Assembly (NCBI GenBank): GCA_963677435.1
Contig: OY781945.1
Location: forward strand, 3,058,899-3,122,898
Reading direction: 5' to 3'
DNA from: an uncultured Aliarcobacter sp.
Lineage (GTDB): Bacteria > Campylobacterota > Campylobacteria > Campylobacterales > Arcobacteraceae
Length of the DNA: 64,000 nucleotides
Below the pieces are notes generated by a model. The model did no database searches. It worked only from the letters and a program-made list of their open reading frames with translations, and was not told the origin of the DNA. A program made the translations under genes and the position numbers. Below are positions 10,442 through 22,469 of this stretch, one piece after another. Within the stretch, counting starts at the first letter, position 1, and every line of letters starts with the position of its first letter.

Positions 10442-10933
10442 TTATTCCTTTTTCACATCTTTTTTATTATAATTTTCAAGTTTTTCAGTAATTATAGATG
10501 CATTTGAAACACTTAAAAACTTCATAATTTGAGTTACATTATTTTCTTTTAATTTAAGTATTATATCAAAAACATCATCAATTTTACCTTCGCCAATCAT
10601 TTGGTTAAAAATATCAGCGGCATTTTTTGGTTTCATTGCGTTATATATTTTTGATGTTTTTGTAACAACTTCATTTTTTATATCTTTTAAAGTTTCTAAA
10701 TTATCATCATGTAATTTTTGTATATCTTTTTTTTCTTTTTCTATTTGAGCTAAAATACCCTCAAGTTCTTTTTTTCGTTGTTGATATTCAGTCTCTTTTT
10801 CATTATAAAAATTATTTAATTCTTTTTTTAATTCCATTACTTCTATTCTTTGCTTTGTCAAAGAACTACTTGTCTCTTCTGCTGCAAATAAAAAAGTACC
10901 AAAACAAATAATTGATAATAAATATTTTGACAT
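10442..10933 (-). CDS. MotE/FlbB-like periplasmic flagellar protein
   Basis: Signal peptide, coiled coil, 'KIYNAMKPKNAADIF' MgtE-N-like motif. Confidence 0.75.
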   Translation of the reverse strand: MSKYLLSIICFGTFLFAAEETSSSLTKQRIEVMELKKELNNFYNEKETEYQQRKKELEGILAQIEKEKKDIQKLHDDNLETLKDIKNEVVTKTSKIYNAMKPKNAADIFNQMIGEGKIDDVFDIILKLKENNVTQIMKFLSVSNASIITEKLENYNKKDVKKE

Positions 10934-10943
10934 TTAAATCCTT

Positions 10944-11354
10944 TTATCTTTTGTTACTGATATATTTACTTTGAATATACTCACTTGAGGCTTCATCTTC
11001 TGCTAATAAAATTCTTTTAATAGCTTCTTTTTTTTCTTCTTGTAATATATATAAAAATTGTTCTGCTTCTTTTTGCAGTTCGAGTATATCTTTTAATAAA
11101 AGATCAACTTCCATATTTAAAAGTACTTTTTCTTTATTAAGTTTTTGTATATGCATTTTCATTGTATTTTTGTGTATTGTTAAAATCATAAAATCTGAAA
11201 TTGCTCCATGTTTTTCAACACTAGCTGTATCAATTCTATTTTGAGTCAATAATATCTCAATATCAATTTGCTCAATTCTTGATAAAAGTTGAGCTTTTTG
11301 CATTAATTTTTGATCAGTTTGATTTTTTTTTAATTTATATAATTTCTCTATCAA
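10944..11354 (-). CDS. FliJ-like flagellar export coiled-coil protein
   Basis: 136-aa coiled coil ending '..EDEASSEY', adjacent to the MotE-like gene. Family call rests on size and context. Confidence 0.6.
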   Translation of the reverse strand: MIEKLYKLKKNQTDQKLMQKAQLLSRIEQIDIEILLTQNRIDTASVEKHGAISDFMILTIHKNTMKMHIQKLNKEKVLLNMEVDLLLKDILELQKEAEQFLYILQEEKKEAIKRILLAEDEASSEYIQSKYISNKR

Positions 11355-11617
11355 CTATTATTACCAAATGTAAGTATTATATCCCATAAATCTTTTGTAT
11401 AAGCTTCAATATGATCACCAATCCAAGGAAGAGAAATCAATATAAATGCTGATACAAAAATCATTTTTGGAACAAATGATAAAGAAGCATCACTTATTTG
11501 TGTTACAGCTTGAAAAATAGAAATTATAAGTCCAATAATCATACTAACAATCAAAGATGGTAATCCAAGTATTAATATGACCTTTACTGTATTTTCAGCA
11601 ATAGCAATTAAATCCAT
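11351..11617 (-). CDS. fliQ: Flagellar export protein FliQ
   Basis: 'GLIISIFQAVTQISDASLSFVPK', 'PW' motif. Confidence 0.95.
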   Translation of the reverse strand: MDLIAIAENTVKVILILGLPSLIVSMIIGLIISIFQAVTQISDASLSFVPKMIFVSAFILISLPWIGDHIEAYTKDLWDIILTFGNNS

Positions 11618-11618
11618 G

Positions 11619-12809
11619 CTAATCTTTTATTTTTATTGTTATCTCTAAAGTTTTATTATTTAATAACTTAGAAATTAATGCTGAAAGATCTGTAACATTA
11701 GAATTATTCACATCTAATGTTTCGACTCTTTTTTCTGAAACGCTAGGTTTATTTCCACTTATCGAACTATTTTCTTCAATTTTATAACTCAGTGCTTCCA
11801 ATAAATCTTTTTCACTTAAAGAATCTAATTCAAAAAACTCATCATTCATTTTATCTCCTTGCAAAGATTTATCAATTTTTTTACTTTCTAATTTCTCTTC
11901 ATCTAAAAAATCAAAGCTACTAAAAGGATCTGATTCTATTACTTCAAAATTTTCAGTATCTTCTTCAACAACTTTTTTTTCGCCTGATTGTATCTCTTCA
12001 TTTAAGAAATCAAAACCGCCAAATAAATCGTTATTGATTTTGTCTAAGTCAGTGATATCTTCCTCTTCTTCAACTACTTCTTCACCTAAGAAATCTAAGT
12101 CTGCGAAGATATCAGTAACTTTACTTGAATTTTCATCTTCTAAAGGTTCATCAGATTCTTCTTTATAAACTATATCATTATCATCATAATCAAATGATAT
12201 ATTATTTAATCCAAAATCATCATTAAAACTCATTATATCATTAGAATCATTTTTTACAGCAATATCTGCATTTCCAATTAAATCTTCAATATTATCAAGA
12301 TTTACACCTTTATCAATGTTAAATATATCATCAAGATCTTCAGTAGAAGTAGCATCTTTATTCTCTTCTTCTTTTGCTAAAAGCATAGATAATTCATCAT
12401 CTAATTCTATGTCATTTTGACTATTTTCATCTTCATCATTTATTTCTATAACTTTTGGCTCAAGTGCTTTTAGTTCTTCGTATTTCCTAATAATATATTT
12501 AGGTAATTCATTCAATGAATTTAATGATAAATCTGCAATTCCACAATCAAGTAAATACTCTTCTTCAATACCATCTTTAGGTGTTAAAAATTTAATTCTT
12601 TTATTTAAAGAATTTTTTTTAATAATTTTTTCATCGTCAATTAAGTAAATATCGTTAGGATTATCTTTTATAATCTGTTTTAATTTTGAGATACTACTAA
12701 TTTCTTCAATTACAGTATTATTGTCAAGTTTGAATTTTATATTTGAGTGTTCTAATGTTTCGTGAATTTCTTTTTTAAAACTTTGATTACCATAAATGTA
12801 AATCTTCAA
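11619..12809 (-). CDS. Highly acidic protein with receiver-like N-terminus (ChePep-like)
   Basis: Alternating alpha/beta N-terminal ~110 aa, long D/E-rich low-complexity middle, short C-terminal 'LLNNKTLEITIKIKD' element. Confidence 0.55.
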   Translation of the reverse strand: MKIYIYGNQSFKKEIHETLEHSNIKFKLDNNTVIEEISSISKLKQIIKDNPNDIYLIDDEKIIKKNSLNKRIKFLTPKDGIEEEYLLDCGIADLSLNSLNELPKYIIRKYEELKALEPKVIEINDEDENSQNDIELDDELSMLLAKEEENKDATSTEDLDDIFNIDKGVNLDNIEDLIGNADIAVKNDSNDIMSFNDDFGLNNISFDYDDNDIVYKEESDEPLEDENSSKVTDIFADLDFLGEEVVEEEEDITDLDKINNDLFGGFDFLNEEIQSGEKKVVEEDTENFEVIESDPFSSFDFLDEEKLESKKIDKSLQGDKMNDEFFELDSLSEKDLLEALSYKIEENSSISGNKPSVSEKRVETLDVNNSNVTDLSALISKLLNNKTLEITIKIKD

Positions 12810-12898
12810 TCTATAACCCTATAAAATAATTTTAATACCTTTGATTATACCTTTTTTTATTAAATTTTCGATAAAATATAAACAATTAATAATGGAGG

Positions 12899-13957
12899 AT
12901 GATATTGAGATATTTTTTATTAGTAACATTTTTATTATCATCTTTGTACTCACAAACTATCAAAGATATTTCAAATGTAATAGGGATTAGAGAAAATCAA
13001 TTAATTGGTTATGGACTTATTGTTGGACTTGCAGGAACTGGTGACAAATCAAAATTTACAATGCAATCGTTACAAAACCTACTTAGGAATTCTTATATAA
13101 AAATTCCTGCTGGTTCAATTAACTCTAAAAATATTGCAGCAGTTATGGTAACAGCTGAATTACCACCTTTTTCAAGACAAGGTGATAAGATCAAAGTTAA
13201 AGTATCAACAATTGGGGATGCAAAATCTGTTGATCATGGAGAACTTTTAATTACACAATTAAAAGGTGTTGATGGAAATGTATATGCACTAGCACAAGGA
13301 ACTATCCTTGCTAATGAAAACAATAAAACAACGGGTTTTATATATGATGGTGCAACTGTTGAAAATGAAATTAATTATGATTTAAGAGATGAAAAATCAA
13401 TTCAATTAAGTCTTTATAAAAACTCAGCTAGAGATGCTGATTTAATTGAAACAAAAGTAAATGATAAATTTGGAAGAAAATTAGCAACTGCTCTTGATAC
13501 AAGAACTGTTGAAATAATGAAACCTAGTAATATGTCAGTAGTAAAATTTATTTCTGTTGTACAAAATATTGAACTTGATGCTCAAATATTTAAAAAGAAA
13601 GTTATTATTGATATGTCTAGAGAATCAGTTATTACAGGTGGTGATATCCAAATTGATCCAGTAACAATTGCTAGACCTTCATTTTCAATTAGAATTGATA
13701 AAAGTGGTTTAAGCAACGAAGGCTGGAAAGACCCTGCTCAAAACCCAGGAGTCGATATTGGGGATAATGTAAAAATTGCAGATAAACCTGTTGTAAATAT
13801 TGATAATGCAATGATTAATACTAAAGCGCCTCCAACTATATCAGATTTAGTAAGAGCCATGAAAGTTATGAAACTACCAATGTCAGAAATTATTGACACT
13901 TTAAAAATGATTAAAGAAATGGGTGCCATTGATGTTGACATTGAAGTAAGAGGATAG
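12899..13957 (+). CDS. flgI: Flagellar P-ring protein
   Basis: 'IKDI...GIRENQLIGYGLIVGLAGTGD', 'KNIAAVMVTAELPPF', 'IGDAKS'. Confidence 0.96.
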   Translation: MILRYFLLVTFLLSSLYSQTIKDISNVIGIRENQLIGYGLIVGLAGTGDKSKFTMQSLQNLLRNSYIKIPAGSINSKNIAAVMVTAELPPFSRQGDKIKVKVSTIGDAKSVDHGELLITQLKGVDGNVYALAQGTILANENNKTTGFIYDGATVENEINYDLRDEKSIQLSLYKNSARDADLIETKVNDKFGRKLATALDTRTVEIMKPSNMSVVKFISVVQNIELDAQIFKKKVIIDMSRESVITGGDIQIDPVTIARPSFSIRIDKSGLSNEGWKDPAQNPGVDIGDNVKIADKPVVNIDNAMINTKAPPTISDLVRAMKVMKLPMSEIIDTLKMIKEMGAIDVDIEVRG

Positions 13958-13958
13958 A

Positions 13959-15050
13959 ATGGCTGAATTTTTAAGTCAAGATGAAATTGATGCTCTTTTA
14001 GATATTGCCGAACAGGGTGAAGATATTGAAACACCTATTGAGAGGATTGTTTCAAAAGAAAAAAATTATTCTATTTATGACTTTAAAAAACCAAATAGAA
14101 TATCAGCAGAGCAGTTAAAAGCCTTTTCTGCTATGCATGATAAGATGTTAAGAGATTTTATTAATGATTTATCTTCTATGCTTAGAAAAATTGTTGATGT
14201 AAAATTATACTCAATTGAGCAAATGACTTATGGGGAATTTATTTTATCAATCCCTCAAATTACTTCTTTAAATACTTTATCAATAAAACCACTTGATGGA
14301 AGAATAGTAATTGAGTGCAATCCTGCAATTTCACATAAAATTATTGCAGAGTTATTGGGTTCAGGTGCAGTTAATACAAGTGATAATATTGATAGAGAAT
14401 TAACAGAAATCGAAGTTGAGATACTTGAACATTTTTATAAAATGTTCATTAAAAATCTATACAAAACTTGGAGTGATATTTCAATTTTAAATTACAAAAT
14501 TGAATCAAGAGATACAAATGCAAATGCTATACAAATTGTATCAGATCATGAGATTGTTTTACTTGTTGTTTTAGAAATTACAATTGATGAAGAATCAGGA
14601 TTTTTATCTATTTGTTATCCTATCTCATATTATGAACCACTATTAAATAAAGTTGTTGAAAAAATATTTAGTGAAGGTAAAAATAGAAAATCTAGTAGAA
14701 AAAGAGATATTAAAACACTTATATCTGGTGCAAGAATGAGAATAGAAGCTATTATGGCAGAAACAGAATTAACAGCAAGAGATATAATAAATTTAAAAGT
14801 TGATGATGTTATTGTATTTAATAAAAATGCAACTTCTTCATCTGCAACAATTTACATAAATAAAAAAGAGAAATTCTCTTCAATCTCTGGAATATCAAAT
14901 AATAGAAAAGCTATTCAAATAAGAGCAAATTTAGATAGAGAAAAACAAGAAACTTTAGACAATTTAAGAGCAATGAGAGAAGAAAGAGAAGTAAAAGCAA
15001 AAGAGATGTCTGAAAATATAAGAAAACTTTTAGAGCAGAAAGATAAATAA
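13959..15050 (+). CDS. fliM: Flagellar motor switch protein FliM
   Basis: CheY-binding 'LSQDEIDALL', 'YDFKKP', 'EQMTYGEF', 'RELTEIE'. Confidence 0.95.
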   Translation: MAEFLSQDEIDALLDIAEQGEDIETPIERIVSKEKNYSIYDFKKPNRISAEQLKAFSAMHDKMLRDFINDLSSMLRKIVDVKLYSIEQMTYGEFILSIPQITSLNTLSIKPLDGRIVIECNPAISHKIIAELLGSGAVNTSDNIDRELTEIEVEILEHFYKMFIKNLYKTWSDISILNYKIESRDTNANAIQIVSDHEIVLLVVLEITIDEESGFLSICYPISYYEPLLNKVVEKIFSEGKNRKSSRKRDIKTLISGARMRIEAIMAETELTARDIINLKVDDVIVFNKNATSSSATIYINKKEKFSSISGISNNRKAIQIRANLDREKQETLDNLRAMREEREVKAKEMSENIRKLLEQKDK

Positions 15051-15062
15051 ATTTATCTTTCT
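15037..15062. terminator. Inverted repeat between convergent fliM and pyrC
   Basis: AGAAAGATAAAT-aa-ATTTATCTTTCT. Confidence 0.6.
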
Positions 15063-16092
15063 TAATTAATACTTTTAATACTCCAAGAAATAACTTCTCC
15101 TGCATACATAGGAATTACACTTTCATTTTTATATTCATAAGCAGTTGGAATTATAAAATCTTTTTTTATTAATTTTACTGTTTTATTTTCTAATTCTAAA
15201 TTATAAATTTTTTGTGCATTTAAAGAAACAAATTTATTTAAATTATCCAAACAATCATGTTTTTCAAAAAGTTCTGTTAATGCTTGTAAAGCAATTGGTG
15301 CAGTAAATACACCAGCAGCGCAACCACATGACTCTTTTTTATATTTAGGATGAGGAGCAGAATCACTTCCAAACATCAATTTTGGATGTGCTTTTAATGC
15401 AGCATCTAATAAAGCGCTTCTATCTTCTGGTCTTTTTGCAATTGGCTTACAAAATAAATGTGGATTTAACATACCACCAGCAACATCATCAAGTGTAATT
15501 AATAAATGATGAAGAGTAACTGTTGCATATAAATTATCATATTTGTCAAGTAATTCTATTGCATCTTTTGTAGTTATATGTTCCATAATGATTTTAAGTT
15601 CAGGAAAAGCCACAGCTAAAGATTCATAAATAGGCATAAATTCTTTTTCTCTATCCATTACAAAACCATTTGTTTCACCATGGACACATAAAGGAATACC
15701 TAATTTGCTCATTGATTCTAAAGTTGGTCTTAGAACTTCAATATCCATTGAAGAAACACCCGTTTCAGAGTTTGTTGTAACTCCAGCAGGATAAAGTTTT
15801 ATTCCTATAATTTCATCTTTTATATCATTTAAAAACTCAAAAGTATAATCATTTTTAAAAAATAAAGTAACAAAAGGTTCAAATTTATCATTGATACATG
15901 CTTCATTAATTCTTTGTTTATAAGATAATAAAGCTTCTTTTGTAGTAATAGGAGGTACTAAATTTGGCATAACTAATGCACCACTAAAAGTTTCAGAAGT
16001 TAGTGGTCCTACAAGACTTAGCATATCTGCATCTCTTAGATGAAGATGCATATCCAAAGGCTCGTGTATTTCAAAAGTAGAATTTTCTCCCA

Positions 16093-16093
<1 letters not shown>
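15062..16093 (-). CDS. pyrC: Dihydroorotase (type II)
   Basis: 'DMHLHLRD', 'VMPNL', '[11 protein letters not shown]', 'HLFCKP', 'GSDSAPH'. Confidence 0.96.
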
Positions 16094-16449
<356 letters not shown>

Positions 16450-16484
16450 TTAGTATATTTTAACAAAATTTTTTTAAATTAATA

Positions 16485-17669
16485 TTAGAATGCTCGTTTA
16501 AATTCAGGGTATGCTTCAATACCACACTCTTCAACATCTAATCCTTGCATCTCTTCATCACTTCCAGCTCTTAATGGCATAATTTTATTTATTATGTATA
16601 ACACAATAAATGAACTAATAAAAGCAAATAAACCAATAAGTAAAATACCTTTTAACTGTCCAAGTAATGTAATTTTATCATTTGATGCAAAAATACCAAC
16701 TGCAATTGTTCCCCAAATACCATTTAGTAAATGAACAGATAAGGCACCAACTGGATCATCAATCTTCATTTTATCAAAAAATGATACGCCAATTACAACT
16801 AAACAACCACCAAATGCACCTATGAATATTGGCATATAAATGTCATATAAATCAGGCCCTGCTGTAATTGCAACTAATCCACCTAATGCACCATTTAAAA
16901 TCATTGTTAAATCTAGTTTTTTGTAAACTATTTGCATAATAATTGCAACCATTATAGCACCACTTAATCCTGCTGTATTTGTATTCATAATTGTAAGTGC
17001 AACTAAATCTGCATTTTCTTTACTTGCAATTGATCCTACACTTCCACCATTAAATCCAAACCATCCAATCCATAATAAAAATGCACCTAAAGTTACAAGT
17101 GGAATATTTGAAGCGGGAAATACTCTTACTCCACCATCTTTTGTATATCTTCCCTTTCTAGCACCAATAATTAAAATTGCTGCTAATAAAGCCCATCCAC
17201 CTGTACTATGTATTACAGTTGAACCTGCTAAATCATACATTGATAATTCTAATATTGTACCTTTAAGAAAATTCATTCCCCAAGTGATATTAACAACTAA
17301 TGGGTAAAGAACTGATGCCATTACAACTGTAAACAAAGTAAGAGGAATTATCTTAGCTCTTTCACTAACTCCACCACTCATAATATTTACAACTTTTCCA
17401 ACAAATGCCATTTGAAATAAGAAAACTGCCCATTTACTCATTGTTTCGCTTCCAAATTCACCAAAAGCTAAAGAGTAACCAAACAATAAAAATGATAAAG
17501 AAGCAACTGCGTAAATAAGAGTATTTATTGTTAACACTGATGTAACATTTTTTGTTCTAACAATTCCAGCTTCCAGCATTGCAAAGCCAGGCACCATAAA
17601 AATTATCAATGTCATTGCAAAAATTGCATACAAAGTGTTAATAATGTAAGAGATAGATTCCATACCCAT
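16485..17669 (-). CDS. amt: Ammonium transporter (divergent paralogue)
   Basis: 'DLAGSTVIH', 'LWIGWFGFNGGS', 'NGALGGLVAITA', 'DDPVGALSVH'. Confidence 0.93.
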   Translation of the reverse strand: MGMESISYIINTLYAIFAMTLIIFMVPGFAMLEAGIVRTKNVTSVLTINTLIYAVASLSFLLFGYSLAFGEFGSETMSKWAVFLFQMAFVGKVVNIMSGGVSERAKIIPLTLFTVVMASVLYPLVVNITWGMNFLKGTILELSMYDLAGSTVIHSTGGWALLAAILIIGARKGRYTKDGGVRVFPASNIPLVTLGAFLLWIGWFGFNGGSVGSIASKENADLVALTIMNTNTAGLSGAIMVAIIMQIVYKKLDLTMILNGALGGLVAITAGPDLYDIYMPIFIGAFGGCLVVIGVSFFDKMKIDDPVGALSVHLLNGIWGTIAVGIFASNDKITLLGQLKGILLIGLFAFISSFIVLYIINKIMPLRAGSDEEMQGLDVEECGIEAYPEFKRAF

Positions 17670-17730
17670 AAATATCCTTTATTTTTTTAGGATATTATAA
17701 CAGTATAGAAAATATATATAAAAAACTTAT

Positions 17731-17747
17731 TGTATAAAATATATACA
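17731..17747. promoter_or_regulatory. Putative nitrogen-regulator box upstream of amt
   Basis: TGTATA-AAATA-TATACA palindrome; centre 40 bp upstream of the minus-strand TATAAT at 17699-17694. Confidence 0.75.
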
Positions 17748-17772
17748 ATCAAAGGAAAAATATCCCTTTGAT
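17748..17772 (-). terminator. Hairpin after the amtB-glnK unit
   Basis: ATCAAAGG...CCTTTGAT inverted repeat just downstream of the P-II stop. Confidence 0.5.
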
Positions 17773-17778
17773 GTAAAA

Positions 17779-19346
<1,568 letters not shown>

Positions 19347-19412
19347 AAGACTCCTTTGTCAAATAATCTGTTTAAATTATATAAATTTTATATCATATTG
19401 TATATATTTAAC

Positions 19413-19429
19413 TGTTTATTTTATATACA
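19413..19429. promoter_or_regulatory. Putative nitrogen-regulator box upstream of amtB-glnK
   Basis: TGTTTA-TTTTA-TATACA; centre 40 bp upstream of the minus-strand TATAAT at 19381-19376. Confidence 0.7.
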
Positions 19430-19508
19430 ATTAAAGGTTTTTGTATATTAGTTAAAACTTAAAGGAAGAAATTAAATATTTATTATATAATCACAAATAA
19501 ATTATATT

Positions 19509-21455
19509 ATGAAAGTATTGGTTAGTAAAATGTTCAAAGGCCTCTTAAATAAGTCGAAAGCTACAGAAGAAGATTTTTTAAAAGAATTATTAAATCCTAA
19601 TATGAATAGTGAGAAATTAAATAAAATCTATCGTGAAGTAGATTTAAATTTAGATGAGTTGTATTTTAATGATGAATTAGTTCTACATTACTGCTGTAAA
19701 AAAGATTTATTTCAATCTGTAATCTGGCTTATTTCTAATGGAATCAATATTGAAGTAGAAAACTCACAAAAAGAGACTGCAATTTTTTATGCAATTCATT
19801 CAAAAAGTAGTGCTATATTACAAACATTAATTGACAATAAAATTGATATAAATCATTTAAATATTCATAATAGAACTGCCCTTCAAGATGCTGTAATTAG
19901 TGCAAATAATCGTATTGTTACATATTTATTACAAGTTACAAAAAATTTGGGTAATTGTGATATTCATGGAAATAATCTAATTTTTGATGCAATAGCAAAT
20001 GGGAACATTGAAATTATAAAAAAAATTGGTTCATTAAAAGAAGTTAATATAAATCAAGTTAACTTAGATGGAAATACAATTTTACATAAAGAGATAGTTT
20101 TAAAAAATAATGATCTTGCTTTATTACTTATGGATTTAGGTGCTAATCCAACAATTTTAGATAAACATGGAAAAAACTTTTTATTTTATGCAATATCAAA
20201 AGGTATAAATAATATTAATATTATTCATAAAGCTGTTAGTTTAGGTTGTGATATAAATAGTAGAAGTGGTGCAAATAAAACACTTTTAATGGAGTCTATA
20301 ACTAATTTTTTAAAAACTCCTAAAGATAATACTGAATTAAAAGCAGCTCATTTAGAAATGATAAAAGAGTTAATACAACTAGGTGTGAATGTAGATGCAC
20401 TTGATAATAACAATGAAAATGCTTTCTTTTTAGTTACAAGAAGTGAAGATAGAGACTTAATAAATAGTTTTCTAGAAAATTGTAAAGTAAATTTTAATCA
20501 TCAAAATAATCAAGGAGATACTGTTTTATTAATTCTTGTATTAAATGGTATTAGAAATAGTGATTTAATTAGATTATATTTAGAAAGAGGTGCAAATCCT
20601 GATTTAGAGAATAAAACAGGAAAAACAATAATTGAAATACTAATTGACATTATATTATATTCAGAAAATAGAAAACCTTTAGATTTTGAATATGAAATAT
20701 CACTAAATGAAGATGCTGAATATGCCAATGTATTAGAAAATATTTTAAGAAATCACAATGTAGATATCAATAAATTGAATTCAAGAGGTGAACCTTTATT
20801 TTTTGATGCAATTGTTCATTTTAATTTTAAGCTATTTAAATTATTAAGAACAAAATCTATTAATTTAAACCAAAGAGATAAAGATGGCAATAATATCATT
20901 TTTAAACTCATGGACTACAACAATAAAAACTTAATTAAAGATAAAAAACTTTATTTAAACACTATAAAAAGTCTTATAAATGCAGGTGTTGATATAAATG
21001 CAAAAAATAATGAAGGATTAACTGCTCTTCATATTGCAGTTGGAGAAAAATGTGAATATACAATTAGGCTTCTTTTAGAAATGAGAGCAGATTGTTTTAT
21101 TACAGATAGGCAAGGTAGAAGTATTATTCATACTTGTATTTGGAAAAATACAACTAAATATTTTAGATTACTTCACCATTATAATAGTGAAATAGTAAAT
21201 CTTCCTGATAGATATGGAATTAGACCTATTAATTATGCAGCATTTATGGGAAAAAAAGATTTGGTTATTGAAATGCTAGATGTGGGAGCATTAATTAATA
21301 ACCCATTAAAAAAAGATCCTAAAATATTACAATTTCTTGAAAAGTTTCATCCAAATATCGTAAATTTAACTAAAGATATACATAGTGAAATAGACATGGT
21401 TAATTTAAGATTATTAGCAGATAATATGCAAAAAGAGTTTAATATTAAAAAATAA
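19509..21455 (+). CDS. Ankyrin repeat protein
   Basis: Many ankyrin-type units ('GNTILH', 'GANPTILD', 'GLTALHIAV', 'GVDINAKN'); no signal peptide seen. Confidence 0.9.
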   Translation: MKVLVSKMFKGLLNKSKATEEDFLKELLNPNMNSEKLNKIYREVDLNLDELYFNDELVLHYCCKKDLFQSVIWLISNGINIEVENSQKETAIFYAIHSKSSAILQTLIDNKIDINHLNIHNRTALQDAVISANNRIVTYLLQVTKNLGNCDIHGNNLIFDAIANGNIEIIKKIGSLKEVNINQVNLDGNTILHKEIVLKNNDLALLLMDLGANPTILDKHGKNFLFYAISKGINNINIIHKAVSLGCDINSRSGANKTLLMESITNFLKTPKDNTELKAAHLEMIKELIQLGVNVDALDNNNENAFFLVTRSEDRDLINSFLENCKVNFNHQNNQGDTVLLILVLNGIRNSDLIRLYLERGANPDLENKTGKTIIEILIDIILYSENRKPLDFEYEISLNEDAEYANVLENILRNHNVDINKLNSRGEPLFFDAIVHFNFKLFKLLRTKSINLNQRDKDGNNIIFKLMDYNNKNLIKDKKLYLNTIKSLINAGVDINAKNNEGLTALHIAVGEKCEYTIRLLLEMRADCFITDRQGRSIIHTCIWKNTTKYFRLLHHYNSEIVNLPDRYGIRPINYAAFMGKKDLVIEMLDVGALINNPLKKDPKILQFLEKFHPNIVNLTKDIHSEIDMVNLRLLADNMQKEFNIKK

Positions 21456-21469
21456 TATACTATAAACAT

Positions 21470-21486
21470 TGCATATATTATATACA
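21470..21486. promoter_or_regulatory. Putative nitrogen-regulator box upstream of the 21550 gene
   Basis: TGCATA-TATTA-TATACA; centre 40 bp upstream of TATAAT at 21518-21523. Confidence 0.7.
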
Positions 21487-21549
21487 GCTATATTCTAGAT
21501 AATTCTGATTATTTTTATATAATATGATAAAAAATATACAGGATTCAAA

Positions 21550-22422
21550 GTGAAAGAGTTTTTTGAAACATATATACAACACCAAGAAGATATAGAATAT
21601 TTTTTACAAGAGAGTTTAAAAAATTCTGGTAATTTAGCAAACCATAAAAAAAATGATTTTAAACAACTTTATAAAATATTCCCCTATTTAGAACTTATTT
21701 ATATTGTTAATAAAGACACTAAAATTCAAACCTCAAACAATTTTTATAAATTTAAAGTAGATGAAAATGCAATTGGTAAAGATAGATCTCATCTAATTTC
21801 AAAGTTACATTTTAAAGAGTCTAATATAGCATTTTCAACTCCTTATATTAGTAGTGCAACAAGTAGTAATTGTGTTACAGTAACTATAAAAGAAGGTGAT
21901 GAAATATTTTTCTTAGATTTTCAAATTGATATTCTATTACAAAAATTAAATCTAATAGAACTAAATAAGCCTTTCCATAGTATTACAAAAGCTTTTTATG
22001 TAATAGCAGGTTTTTCAATGATGGTATTAGCTTTAATAACTATCATATTTTCATTGTATGATTTTATTGCTTATTTATTTTCTATACATGATTTATCTTT
22101 AGAGATGATATTTAAACCTATTATTGCCCTAACTTTGAGTATAGCAATTTTTGATTTAGCAAAAACCATATTGGAACAAGAAGTATTTTTTAAATCATAT
22201 TCTAAAAATTCAAAATTAGAAACGAAGATTTTAACAAAATTTTTAACAACTATTATTATTGCTCTTTCAATAGAAGCCTTAATTGTTGTATTTAAAATTG
22301 CAATTAATGATTATGACCAAATGATAAATGCCTTTTATTTAATTGCTGGTATTGCCTTAATACTTATTTCTTTAACAGTATTTATTTATTACTCAACAAA
22401 AAAAGATAAACACAATCAATAA
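21550..22422 (+). CDS. PDC/Cache-like sensor domain fused to a 4-TM (PsiE-like) membrane domain
   Basis: 'GKDRSH...FSTPYISSATSSNCVTV' Cache-like motif followed by four hydrophobic helices. Confidence 0.7.
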   Translation: MKEFFETYIQHQEDIEYFLQESLKNSGNLANHKKNDFKQLYKIFPYLELIYIVNKDTKIQTSNNFYKFKVDENAIGKDRSHLISKLHFKESNIAFSTPYISSATSSNCVTVTIKEGDEIFFLDFQIDILLQKLNLIELNKPFHSITKAFYVIAGFSMMVLALITIIFSLYDFIAYLFSIHDLSLEMIFKPIIALTLSIAIFDLAKTILEQEVFFKSYSKNSKLETKILTKFLTTIIIALSIEALIVVFKIAINDYDQMINAFYLIAGIALILISLTVFIYYSTKKDKHNQ

Positions 22423-22427
22423 GTTTT

Positions 22428-22469
22428 TCTCTTACAAAATGTCATCTAAAAATTTTATTTTGTAAGAGA
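22428..22469. terminator. Inverted repeat between convergent genes
   Basis: TCTCTTACAAAAT-N16-ATTTTGTAAGAGA. Confidence 0.55.
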
